Origin: Phoronis australis
Taxonomy: Eukaryota > Animalia > Phoronida
Length of the DNA stretch: 64,000 bases
Direction: 5' to 3'
Assembly (NCBI GenBank): GCA_002633005.1
Contig: NMRA01000628.1
Location: forward strand, 177,817 to 241,816
The notes beneath the pieces are model-generated. The model was not told where the DNA came from. It was given only the letters and a program-made list of their open reading frames with translations, and searched no databases. Every line of letters begins with the position of its first letter. The first letter of the stretch is position 1. Below are positions 24,799 through 37,684 of the stretch, piece after piece. The position numbers and the translations under genes are program-made.

Positions 24799-24970
24799 AA
24801 TGCGCGCATCCAGCCTAAAAATGGGCTGGGGGGCTCGGATTTCTGAGAATGTGGACATTTTACTAAAAAACGGGGTGCGTTCAGAGCTATGAGTTGTACA
24901 TTCGCTGAATTGTGGTAGTTCGTGCCTTTTTTAGTGGACTTTTTTCTCGTTTTCTACTTTTTCGGACTTG
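24799..24970 (+). mobile_element. MITE family A, copy 4 (partial)
   Basis: ATGCGCGCATCCAGCC...GAGAATGTGGACATTTTACTAAAAAACGG...TTTTCGGA. Confidence 0.7.
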
Positions 24971-27900
24971 TTGACGTCTGTTCACTATGTCGAAAGTCTG
25001 ACATTTGTCGTGGCTCGCATGCATAAATGCCAGCAAATATCACGGCCTTTATTGGTGGCTGCCACGAGTGTCGCCGTAGGCGAGTGTCAACCTTTTCCAA
25101 CACAGGTAGCAAAGCAATAATACCCTTGCTCGTAAAATGGACAACCACGACGTTTACCCACTCCGAGGTTAATCGCGTACCCCTGAATTGGCACCAGTGA
25201 GCTCATTACGATAAGTAATGGTATTTTTGGACCCAATTGCGGAAAAATTCTATACTTATACTGCTGCTCAACTACAATGACTCGAAAAAATCCTATGTAG
25301 CTTTCTACATTCTACTTGGAACCGATTGTTGAAATTTCATTGATCTTAAACCAGCTGTTGTACATGTAGGTAGTATAAATCACTGCCTGGAGGGGGCGCG
25401 TGTTGAAACATTTTTTGTACGAAGTTACCATAGAGCAAAAGAGTACAATTTGAATGGTTATGGTTTTAAACACTCTCACAATTAGAAGTCTCCACGGGTA
25501 TTCGACAGGGTGTCATCACAGGAGATGGATAGCTTATTAGAAGAAACGCTCTCAATAAACAAAACCAACGATTGCATGCATTACACTGCCACTACTCAAA
25601 CCAATGCAGGTCTGTGAAAATAAATGAATCCTACGAGAGAATTTATTCTATGGAAGCGTTAACTTGCGAATGGCATATTGCTACGGTAAAAAGTAGGTTC
25701 TGGCATGACAATAAAATTCGTTCTAGTACGGTTTCTAGTGACAGCAAACAGTAAATCAGTGGAATAGTAATTGTTCAGTAACCACTGACACGCGCTGTGG
25801 GAGAGAAAACTCGATCAGAAGTAAATGTATCCTCATTTGCACTAATACATACTCCCACACAACAAATGCGAAGATTTCAAGCTTAATGAACTTAAAGGCT
25901 CTGCGAATCGTTTTCGTGTTTTTCAACATGAGATGACACTGATCGGTAAGGTTTTACGCTACAACGCTGTTTTCCCTCAGACAAGACCTAGACGACAGTA
26001 AACGTGACAGCGCACGCGCTTTCGGAAAGCAAAGACCTTCAAACTATGCTAAAACAATGTGAAACACTTCTCGATATTTTCACCGTGGTATTTTTGACAA
26101 GCCAAAGCTTGACAAAGTGCCACCATATACTTCACCTAGAAGTGTAAACCCACAACATATATTATGACGTCTTCTTGAAAACGTAAAGTCAAAAGCAACG
26201 TACGCCATTGAAACATACATGTACACGTAGGCTACATGAGCATGTCCTAAGTTGATTGACGTTGTTAGACCGGGGTTTGCACGACCATTCTCAGCTATAA
26301 ACCGCCTTCCGTCACTATATGCAACTTATAATCTAGGCTATAGTCCGTCGTCAAAATACGTAAGGATTTCTGAAAATTAATGCGTTTCTCGACCTCCGCG
26401 ATGAAGGACGTGCCTATTGCACGCTTATCGACCTCACTTTGATGTCATATATTGCAATTTGTTTTGTAGCTAATATCAGACTGCATTATTTTTATTATTT
26501 AAAACTTACTCAAATGCAATTATCAGATGGCCACATCGTGTACAAGAAGAGTTAATTCAAACCAAGAAAGCTAGAACTGTAAACATACGTCTCCGCAAAT
26601 TCCATGTACAATGTATGTTTAATGTTTCAGATCGAAAAACGCACAACGTCGCCATCAATCAACAGCTGATCGACATTTAAGATCCTTTAATTAAATTTCA
26701 AGTTTGTAATGGTTTGTAGGAAAGGCACCCTTCTTCTTCAAACGCGATTGCTTCCAATTATCAATGGCAGTTTACTGTCTGTATTATAACTCGCGACAAA
26801 TGCATCATCGAGAATAAAGGCAATAGTTTTCCAAGTGTCTGTCACTTTAAAAATGACTTGTAAGAAACCTGGCCTTACGGACCCGCTTCACAATGCCTGA
26901 ATACTGATTGAACAGTTTAATCACTAGCACGTTACAGCCTAGAAACAATTTACATAAATTAGCTTTGTAACTTGATTTCAAGGGCATTTTGTGCAAGACT
27001 TTGTATTTTTGCTAAATTGAGATTAAGTTATGTTTCATAAATAGTTGTGTGTAGCGTAAGACCAAATGCCTGTCTTACATACACGTAAGATATCAGTAAT
27101 TTTAATGTAACACTCCATGGAGTGTAAAATGCAGGAAGAGAATGCAATAACAAGTTTGTTTTCCTCGAGTACTAGTGCGGATTTCGCATGAGTGTAGTCA
27201 GAAGAAAGTTGTTTCTAACAGTTTTGTCTATTTCTTAAGTTTCCGAAGTAATTTGCAACGCTCTACCTCGGTTCACAAGCGTCACAAAATATGCCTGTAA
27301 TTATCCGTCGTTTCATACCAATGACTACCACAAGAACTTGCAGTCCCACATCAGAGAAATCTGCCGCTACATTAACAAAAGTTCCAAAAATCAACACATT
27401 CTGACCACAATAGTCTTTCTGTTCTGAAAGGATATGCGATGTGGTGCTGACAGACAATAGTTGAAACGACTTGCCCGGTTTTCGACATATTTGGGTGTGC
27501 AGAAAAAGAAAGAGTGCGTTTAGTTCGTTTTTGGCATAATTTTTCGTCTAAGGACAGAACTTTTTATCCATGGACATTTCTTGGTAAGGAGAGATTTTTT
27601 CCAAGTTATCAACTTATCTGAATACAAATCGACTGCTAACCTAATTTGTCACGTGACTGCTTATGTGCTATATTGTGCTTCATTAAAACGTCCTTTCCTT
27701 TACATTTACCAATATGTAACATGTGAGATGTAGCTAAGATATAAGAAATCAAAACTTTTAGTCCTGGGATCCTTATTTTATTACTTTTGGCTTTTTTTTC
27801 AAAAAGTGGTCGGCGGCGTTTCCTCCGAAACATCATTGCACATTGTGGCAATTGAGTGAGTTCCATAGGCATCACATAGACCGGGCGCGCGACACTCAGA

Positions 27901-28663
27901 TACATGAACTCACGTTGTCAATATGACGCCATATTGGAGAGTGTTACACAGGACAAAAATGGCGGAAAACACTGGGAGACCTACGGCATCAGTCAGGAGA
28001 TTCGGGGGTTCGCAGTGTTAAGCCTGAAGTCAAAGAGTTGAGTTTCTTGGTCCTGCCATTGAGTCATGGGTTTTTGGGTTCGTCCATGGATCTAAATGTA
28101 ATGTGAAGAATTTTCAACCCATGAAAAAATAACCCCACGTCCATAAAACATGTGCCGTCATTATTCAACAGTTCCCTCGCTATAGGAGGTTGGGATAACC
28201 AGACATGATACCCGCAATTGGCGATATTTCAACAATGTTCGATACGCGGATGTTTAGGTCTGGGGCATATGGTCTGGGGTGACTTGAGTGGCGAAATCTT
28301 GTTTTTTCAGTATATGCCCCAATTAGGGAGAGAAAGTACTGAACGTCGTGTAGACCAGGAATATGTTGTCTGAGAGCTGGGCTGAAGCGAAAAAAATACT
28401 ATTTTTCGAACCCTCCTTCGTTCATTTGTCCAAATCAGCAACTGGCCAGTTTACTGATCGTGCCAAGATATAATATCTGACTTGCTGCATGAAGACTAAT
28501 CTAAAATACCTGGCCACACGTTAAGAATATTCCGATCGCAGCCAAGTGTTCTTACTATCAAAGCCAAATTTGAAATCGTGAGAAGGCCAAGAGTGCGCGA
28601 GAGAAGAATTTATTCTAAATTTCTCGGCTGAGAGACGGACGCGCAGTACGCATATCAGACTAA

Positions 28664-30019
28664 AGGCGAAGGCAACCTTTTTTCATGTCATTTTGAGCTA
28701 AAATAAGGTTGGTTGGTTATCCTAGACATATTTTTCACTTAATTACAGCTTTTCGTAATTTTATTAATTACTCGTCCGCTACTCCGGAAGTGACGTTTTA
28801 GGAGGCAAGCATTTCGCGCCAATTTCTTTTCATATAGTCTGACTGTGAGAGCTGCCGAGTCAGTCATTGTTCTACCTCGGTTNNNNNNNNNNNNNNNNNN
28901 NNNNNNNNNNNNNNNNNNNNNNNNNNNNNNNNNNNNNNNNNNNNNNNNNNNNNNNNNNNNNNNNNNNNNNNNNNNNNNNNNNNNNNNNNNNNNNNNNNNN
29001 NNNNNNNNNNNNNNNNNNNNNNNNNNNNNNNNNNNNNNNNNNNNNNNNNNNNNNNNNNNNNNNNNNNNNNNNNNNNNNNNNNNNNNNNNNNNNNNNNNNN
29101 NNNNNNNNNNNNNNNNNNNNNNNNNNNNNNNNNNNNNNNNNNNNNNNNNNNNNNNNNNNNNNNNNNNNNNNNNNNNNNNNNNNNNNNNNNNNNNNNNNNN
29201 NNNNNNNNNNNNNNNNNNNNNNNNNNNNNNNNNNNNNNNNNNNNNNNNNNNNNNNNNNNNNNNNNNNNNNNNNNNNNNNNNNNNNNNNNNNNNNNNNNNN
29301 NNNNNNNNNNNNNNNNNNNNNNNNNNNNNNNNNNNNNNNNNNNNNNNNNNNNNNNNNNNNNNNNNNNNNNNNNNNNNNNNNNNNNNNNNNNNNNNNNNNN
29401 NNNNNNNNNNNNNNNNNNNNNNNNNNNNNNNNNNNNNNNNNNNNNNNNNNNNNNNNNNNNNNNNNNNNNNNNNNNNNNNNNNNNNNNNNNNNNNNNNNNN
29501 NNNNNNNNNNNNNNNNNNNNNNNNNNNNNNNNNNNNNNNNNNNNNNNNNNNTCGTTATACTCGGGCTCAAACATGTACTCACCCATTGAATGTCCGTGAA
29601 AAAATTCCTCGTCACCACTGCTGTGAACAAGGTCTTCGTCACTCATACTACTGTCACTGTGATACGGGTCACCGACTCCAGCCATTTTCAGTTTACAACA
29701 CACTAAACAATCCCTAAATCCAACGTAGTTGAGTTTTCTACTAACCTATCTTGCCGCAGAATACTCGCCGATGGAAAGTGGTGGCGACAATTATTGAAAA
29801 ACAGCACAAAACAAAAGTAGAATAGAACAGATTCGCACGGTAAAGTCAACGCAAAACCAAGTGGCGGGAAACGCTTGCCTCCTAAAACGTCACTTCCGGA
29901 GTAGCGGACGAGTAATTTACAAAATTACGAAAAGCTGTAATTAAGTGGAAAATATGTCTAGGATAACCAACCAAACTTACTTTAGCTCAAAATGACATGG
30001 AAAAAGGTTGCCTTCGCCT
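28664..30019 (+). mobile_element. Second copy of the same Kolobok-type element, in the long intron; middle unsequenced
   Basis: Both ends near-identical to 55066-57006. Flanks CTAA (28660-28663) and TTAA (30020-30023). The same minus-strand ORF start MAGVGDPYHSDSS...YMFEPEY is present. Confidence 0.88.
28883..29551. other. Assembly gap (669 N)
   Basis: Run of N inside the repeat copy. Confidence 1.
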
Positions 30020-32927
30020 TTAAGGCCGGAGAGGAAAAGGAAAGATTCGAAATAATGTGTGGAAGCGGGGCTGATCTCTTTGTGAGCAAATAATTACATG
30101 TTGTGGGGATACTTCAAAACGCCAACAAGTGCCTGGTGCCTGATTGGGAGAGCTTGAGATCCGTGAGAGAGGATAAGTGCGTGAGAGGAGAAAATTTGTG
30201 CGTTGGCAATCCCGAGCGACGCACAGGAAAGGAACTGTGTCGGCGTTCTTTACTTTTTACATTACGGCGTTCTCCCGTTGATTCCAACTTGTTCGGTTGT
30301 ATCTAGAAACCAATAATTGGTTCCTAGGTTGTATGACAACAAATTGGGCGGATGACCGCTGTAGCCAACATCTAACACTGACTACCAAAAATCGCCCAAC
30401 TACAACCAAAGTCAAGACAATCTATTGTGTCCGAACGTGCTTTACCAACTCACTGGGTTTGACTGTGTTCACATGCAATCGGTAATAAGCTTGGTAGATA
30501 ATTGTTGTGCATGTTGTCATACATGTGCTCGGCGGTTATCAGAGGAGCGATATGTTATCACGCGCTAGCAAACGATCTATGTCAAGTAAAGTCACTGAAC
30601 GGGAGGACGCTCTAACGAATTTAAAAACCTGCCATTTATATATTTGACCCCAATGAGGTCACAGTAGTTCACATTAAATTTAACCCCATTAAAAACGAGC
30701 CGAGTTATATTTTAATATTACAAAGTTACCCAGGGTCATTTTTCAATACTGAAAAGGCGTATTGGGGCACAACGAAAGTACGTACCACCCGAGTGAGCGG
30801 CATGTCTCCTGGATATACAGCATTTCAGCCTCGAGCGACACGAAGTAAATGGTAAATTTGCGCGATCTTACTGGTTTCTCTTCAAAAAAAAAAACAAAAA
30901 AAAATAAATCGGTCGCAGTGGATTGACAAGTATGCAGCCGCAAAGGCCACTCGAGAATCTGCCACTGGCTGCGATCTTCTACTATTTTTTCCCTACCGAC
31001 TGGTTGACTCTTAAAACTTCTGCATTACATGTTTTTTTATGTTTCTATAAAGCTCACACTCTCTCGCCTCTTTATTTGTTAGATATAGCGTTTTGAAAAG
31101 GGCAATTTGAACCGTTTGTTTACACGGCGATTAACAGTGTCACGTGACTAGAAACAGGCTCCAATATGGCGTCAAGTTGTCGGCTGCAGTAGCGCGTGCG
31201 CCTGGTCTATAGTGAGTACCCATCCATACATATTCAGCTGTCGCTCACTAAGGCGGCCATTTTAGGTTGTGATGCACCATCAAAAATGAAAATTAACTAA
31301 AAATATTATCAAATTCAGTTGAGTTCGAAAATATTTGATTGAGTTGTGTTAAATGAGCCTTGTTTCTTCTGCTTAAGTTTCGATTGAGCTAACTAACGGT
31401 TAAAATTCCTTATATAATTGTTTTAACAAAAATGAAGCGAAAAGTGTATTCTTAGACATTACAACATTCACCTAAGAGAGGCATCGACTTGGTGCGCTGA
31501 TTTTAGGTCAAATTATTTTGCACAAGGTTTATACATATGCACCAGTGTCTGTATGTAGTTATTTAGACATCGTCTGACCACGAAGTTTGAAACGACCGTT
31601 GGCAAAGGCTTAAAGTCAGGTAGTTTTGAGAGTACAGGTAGATGGCAAAATATTACGGTGCATAGCAGTCATGTGCGATGGCCATGAACATATGGAACCC
31701 TACCGCAAATCACAATTATTTGGAATGTAGACATCTCTCGGTAAAAGTCGATGCACAGCACTGGCGGATATAGGATGCCGCGAAAGGGGGACGGTCGCGT
31801 TCTTAGAAAGGCACCTATATTCTACATGTATGTACTGTCTGACTTGGGATCGGTCGATGAGATGTGGCGAAACGTCTGACCGGTGTGGCTTCTGATCGGA
31901 CGGCACGTGAACCTATTTTAGAGGACAGCGGGAAATATGCATGGCTGCCGATAGACATATCCGACCACTGTTTTTGTATAGTGATTTTGCAAGACAGTTC
32001 AATACACTGTATTTGATATGTGTTGGTTTAAACACTTTGAAGTGTAAAATTAGCAAACAGTGCGTAGTCGTTTCTCGTTTGTCGCAATCATTTTTCTTGT
32101 CTAAACTGTATTACGTCCCTCTAGATGCCCCACAGGTTCCTGATAAGATGAACAAATAAAAACGAAAAAACTTTTTATGTAGGCGAAACGGTCAAAATTA
32201 TGGCAGTGAATTTGGACATGGAGCGAAATTTACACCCGTTATGAGTGCCTTGTCCCTCGCCAGTCAGAGCTACATGTATGTATCCTGTGCCAGTTGAGGA
32301 CTGTTTCCTTCCGTTTTGCGTTCTGTAGGAATGTACGTGTACATGTAGTTAAACGCCTACAGCCGTGTGCACGAACAATTATTCCTTCTCTGTACATAAA
32401 CTATAAAGTTATAATTAACCGGATAATTTATTCTATTAATCGACATTTTGAGCTCCAGGTAGGGATTGTATTGTTTGACTGATTGGCTTCCTTTTAGTTA
32501 AATAGTTTGCAGTTAGCACTAAACGCGGCGTAGTAGCCATACATTGTTTATAGCACAATAGCATGTTTGCATGGGGCACGTTTGATTGGAGCGAGTGTGC
32601 CTCCTCATTTACAAGTGATTACAACTTGTTGTCACAAAAGCTGCTTCATTGTATCACACATCTTCGATATTTCCCTGATGAATTTTCGAGCACAAAGGTT
32701 ACTTACTCCACATGCTACTTTCAGCTTCTGAATATTCTGAAGGGAGGTTCTGGTATCTCTTTCGCTGCCGCTTTGGGCGAAACAAAACCTTTAGACAATG
32801 AGAAGTTTTTCAATTTAATTCATTGGTAGAAGTATTGTTGTCCTGAGCATTTCTGGAAATACTTCTGGAAGTCCAATCGAAAAATATCAATCTCTGACGA
32901 CACTCCAAACAACTATGACATACACTG

Positions 32928-33087
32928 TAGACGGCGCACCATAGAGTGCTGGCAGCTACAGTGTATAGCCCCCCATTCATTTCAGTGCTGCGCCGACCAT
33001 GGTCTATGGGAAAGTTTCCACAGGGGGACTGAGGGGGAGGGGGGGGGGGCTATGCCTCCACTTTTTTCAGTACAGCGCCGTCCGTGC
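32928..33087 (+). repeat. Dimeric GC-rich mini-MITE; second copy at 59752-59898
   Basis: GGCGCACCAT...TATAGCCCC...GCGCCG, followed by a second unit GGGGGACTGAGGGGG...CCACTTTTT...GCGCCG. Confidence 0.55.
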
Positions 33088-34233
33088 ATGAGACGGCGAT
33101 TCTATGATACATGTACGCCAAATGTGCAGACCGGCACCGCTAGTGAATGGCGCTTAAATTGCGCAAGATCACAGATGTCGTCTAGTGTTTTTGTCATCAG
33201 TCGATATTCAGTTTCTCAAAAGTTCAAATCCGAAACGATTCTACTGCGAAAAGTTTCTTCTTCAGGAAACCCTTGACCCAATGACGTTCGTTTTCAGTGT
33301 CATATGCAAACCTAGTACGACAGTCCTTCGCAGCGCCCTACTGTGACCAGAGTGTGGCTGTATAACTCAGGCCCATATCACCGAAGACGCAGTCAAGAGT
33401 CTCGCGTAGGAACTTAGCATGCATGAATAGCGTTATCTCACGAAAGTTTGCGCCGTCTTACGTCTTCGCGAGATTCTCGCGTCTACGGGACACAAGCCAG
33501 GAATATACATGTATAACATGGACTGTACGGCGTATGCCCTAGTACATCATGCGTTGTAAACATCAATCATCGGGTCGAAAACTGCCACAACAGGAAGAAT
33601 GGCACCCAAACCGCGATCATACCGATCTCTCTAATGATTAAAATTTACAATGGCTCCAAACCGCAAATCGGCGGGCACGTAGCTTGTGACTGATGAAACG
33701 AAAATCGGTTTCGCCTTCACCTGCTGTTTACGGAGCTCATGCTTGTTCTACCCCGATCCAGAAGCATCGCCATTTTAAAAGCGATCCCGATTTTTTTCTG
33801 TCTCTGCAATTACGAATGGAAGTTGGAGAAGGTCTGGTTGACAATTTTATATTTTAGCCGTGAAATAGTTATTTTGGAAAAAAATGCAACGGTGGCATTT
33901 CTCAACATTGTATCTCGACGAGTCAATTTTCCCTGTGCAAGACACAACATTTCAAGAGGACAGTATTAATAATGCTTTTTGCATGTTAGATAATTATCAA
34001 TTATTTTGAGACAAGACTTTTGTTGAAACAGACAACTGTCAGGAAATCAGCCACTCGATAAGTTATCTTTGCACTATTGAAGTTTTCCTCAGAGACGCTA
34101 GGGGCGTGTATTAGGAAAACGGCATTTTATGAAAACCAATTGTGAAATCCAAACATGCGCACACAGATTATTGCAGTTTTACTCAGCAATTTTTTACCCT
34201 AGAAGTAGTTCCGGGAACTTATTGTTTTTGCTC

Positions 34234-34348
34234 GTTGGGCGTACTTGTATGTGCACGTTGGACGTACTTGCATGTGCATGTTTTGCGTACTTGTATGTGC
34301 ACATTGGGCGTACTTGTATATGCATGTTTTTCTTACTTGTATGCGAAC
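34234..34348 (+). repeat. Minisatellite, 5 x 23 bp
   Basis: Unit GTTGGGCGTACTTGTATGTGCAC with variants. Confidence 0.9.
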
Positions 34349-36730
34349 AACTCCAGTAAGACGGATTTAAGGTAACTGGTAAAAAATTTCAAACAAACTT
34401 GAAGTCATTTTCTCCTAACAGATTAACAAGAATATGAGTTTCATTTTGAACACGACTTACACTTGGTTAGACAACGGCAAATTATTTGTGATTTCATCGG
34501 ATGTCTACGAGCCGGTAACCGTCCTACAATGCATTTAGGAAACGCCAAAAGCGGCGTTAATTGAGAAACAAATTTGAAGTACACGATGATGGAATCTCCC
34601 GAATTACGCGTTTTCGAGATTCAGCACTTGTATTTGAGTTTTTGATAGACAAGATAATTCCATCCAATTTATAACATTTTTGGATTAAAGTATTTCAAAG
34701 CTTTATATGAAGCTAAAGGGTTGACATGTTCATTTCTTCATGAATTGGTTGTCGTGGGATTTAATTAACGAAATGTTAAGTTTTTCAGTTGATGACATTC
34801 TTTGCATTTTGATTGATTTTTAGGTCGTGATAAATGAAATTTAATCAAAGGTACGTTATACAGTGGAACATTTCTTGATCGCTTATATTTCCACATTTGT
34901 GGTTTCTGCTCAAACAATCGACGTTACCACAAAATCAAGGCCCCTAGCACATGCACACGTGTGTTACTCGAGAAAGTCGCCTCCTCATTCCTTCCTGTTC
35001 ACAGTTTGAGAACCAGAAGAGGGTAACGAAGCTAATTGACAAAAAACATTTCACGGTTTCGTTTACCATTTTCCTCAACCAAGCTGCAGAAATCAATTCA
35101 AGCACGCGTGCATACATTTACTGGTTGTCAAATGACTAAATTACTGTATCAAACAATAAATTTGAGACGAGAATTAGTATGTGTTTTATCATAAAATCAT
35201 CAGGAAGTACGTTTTGTCAAATCTAGACGGGGCAGGTGCGTTGACGTGTTGTAAACCGGAAACACTAAATTTGATTTTTTATGCCTGTAACTGTCTTGCA
35301 AAATTGCCTGATATTTCACTGCAAACACATCGAAAGATCCTAAGATAAATTTGCGGTTTTGAAAAATGCAGATGACATGACCAATCCTTTGCTATCTCGG
35401 GGGAAATTACATGTATACTATCGAGTCCCGACAGAGGGCAATACGAAAAGGATTTGCTTACTCCTCTGCTAACCATACCAGTACGCTTACACTTACACAT
35501 GAGCATGAGAAACGAGAAATTTGACATGATAATGGAATGTCCGTACCATCTGAGTAAGGCGACATGACGACATGACGCCATGACGACAGAGTATCTTTAC
35601 AACCTGTGAAGAGCAATCTTATCAACTGTCACTTCGAACCGTCCGACCAGTGGGTATAACCGACCTTTGAAATTGGTTCTGGTTAACGGTGCGATCACCG
35701 TGGCTCGAGTTTCACAAAACAAATCCAGCAAAAAAGAAATAAAAAGACGTTTATAGTCATTCCTTTTATACTAGCGAACACGATTTTTTCTATTCGTCAT
35801 TTCACCAGAATGAAAATAGATGGCATAGTTTTACAAACACCCACTGATAAGAACCTTTCAATGTTCTTCGGTTGTTGTTAAAACGGAAGGTTTGTCATGT
35901 CATGTAATTAATGCTATTAGTAGTCGGAACCGTTCCAGCTTCTAGCCGGCGATATTGATGCAGTGTAGCCCGGCGCTAGAAAGCCAATAGTTCTATTAGA
36001 TTTTTGCGATTTTCATAAGATTTCTGTCGCCCGATTGAACGATAATTTGATAAGACGCTATTTATGCTTTTGGGTCATTAGGTAAGTTCACGGCAGAAGT
36101 AATGGTGAGGTGTCGCGTGCCAGGTTCTATTTATGAAGTTCTGCAGTAATTCTATCGGTCGCACTTTGTGCGTTAATCGTACGCAAGTGCATATATGTTT
36201 ATCACAGTTAATGCGTGATTGTATCTACTGTAGAAGTAATAGAATGGTACGGCAGATGAATTATAAGTCCTCAGCTTGCAGACCAACAACAAATGCGTCT
36301 AGTCTAGACTCGCAAAAGCAGGCCAGCAAAAAGTCGTGATCGTTTATTGATTCCGTTACCACGTACACAGTGCATTTGATTGACGCAGAAACGTGGGAGG
36401 ATCACGTGATTTCCGATAGCGCAGAACGAAATTCTCGGAGATCCTTACAATCTCCCTGCGCAACTCGTGTTTCATAGTTCGAATTTAAGCATGACATTCA
36501 TTTCTCTACAAATAAACTAGCTGATGATTTCGCTTGTGCTGGGAAGCACTTCATATTTGAAAGCTTGGAAATTGTAAGTTAAGATCGTGACTCGGAAGAA
36601 TTTCTGACTTCGCCGAGGGCTTTAGTTTCTCTTATCTTTGTTTTTAAAATTATTTTTAAAACTTATTCAAATATACTTCACAGTTGAATCAGTTGATATT
36701 TTTTTCAAAATGTAGTCTCACTTTACTTAC

Positions 36731-37684
36731 TTTTTTAAGTCGACTTGATTTCAGTTCCTCCACGCATGCTGTTGGAATTTCGGACAAGTCCCCAACTTCA
36801 GCGAGTTGGCAAAACACTTCTCCGATAAATCGATCTCTCGTCTTGCCTGGTTCTTTTCCGTACACAACAATTCTTAAACTACCTTTGGCAAGGTCCTCAT
36901 TATAAAAGTCTCCAAACTCAAATGTTTCGTCGAAATCTACTTCAGTTTTGTAAGCTACACTGCTAGTGACAAGCAACGTAGTCTCTTTGGGTAACAAGTG
37001 CAGTTTTAGACATACATGGGTGACGTTGGTATCACAATAGAGGTTTGTCAAGTTTTTTATCTCCACATACAGTTTGTGTTCTCTCTCACGGAAAGCAATA
37101 TAGAATTTTACAATTCCCTGCGTTGAGAAACTCTTTCGTCTCGACATGTACTCTCCAGCTGATTTTGATCTTCCCAGCTTAGACTTCGGCGACAAAGTTG
37201 AAGACAGACGTTTGAAACTTCTGCTCTGAAATGTCTCGGCGCCCTCTTCGCTGGGCAAAGGCGTGACCTCCTCAATGCTGTCAGTCGTGCCACACGGCTC
37301 TATTCCATTGCAGTCAAAAATGTCAATTTCAGGCAAACAATTTTCTGCAAACGCATCTAAGCTCTCGTGTGCATCCACCTGCAAAAAATGTTCACTCACT
37401 GTCCCGTATGGTGCTGCAGTTTTCGCCAGTTGGGGTATGTGTTTCTTGCGAACGTCTCTAGTTTTGGCCATGCGAAGACGTTTCAGCTCACCCTCCGAAT
37501 CACGGCGAGATTTGTTTGAGCTCAAAAGCAGCTTCAATCTCTTTACAAGTTTCTTGCAGTTTATAAAACATCTACACCCACCCTCTCTCCGCTTGCGCAC
37601 GGCACAGTATGCGACAGCAACTATGATGATTGCTGTAAAAACAGCAGAACCGGATATGGCTGCAATCAGCGCAGCATCCATCAT
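36731..37684 (-). CDS. Synaptotagmin-family gene, coding exon 1 (TM helix, linker, C2A domain)
   Basis: ORF starts MMDAALIAAISGSAVFTAIIIVAVAYCAV (hydrophobic helix) followed by basic RKRR. C2-type segment GIVKFYIAF...LHLLP...FDETFEF...LRIVVY...FIGEV. Ends ...RLKK at a phase-0 GTAAGT donor (intron starts 36730). An acceptor (tgtattttcag) lies 5 nt before the ATG, so the exon starts at 37689 and an upstream exon is implied. Confidence 0.9.

Larger units (their letters stand above)
27878..31208. mobile_element. TIR element with AT flanks enclosing Kolobok copy 1
   Basis: AT|AGACCGGGCGCGCG at left and CGCGTGCGCCTGGTCT|AT at right. Perfect subterminal inverted 16-mer TGACGCCATATTGGAG / CTCCAATATGGCGTCA. 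Confidence 0.55.

Noticed and set aside
24573-24858. Poly-Gln and poly-Val ORFs
   Set aside because: Translations of the intronic (CAA)n microsatellite.
28845-29717. Long ORFs spanning the N run
   Set aside because: Artefacts of the gap; only the minus-strand accessory ORF start is meaningful.
34234-34348. Regular short repeats as a CRISPR array (also 45424-45525)
   Set aside because: Head-to-tail units without unique spacers, no cas genes, eukaryotic context.
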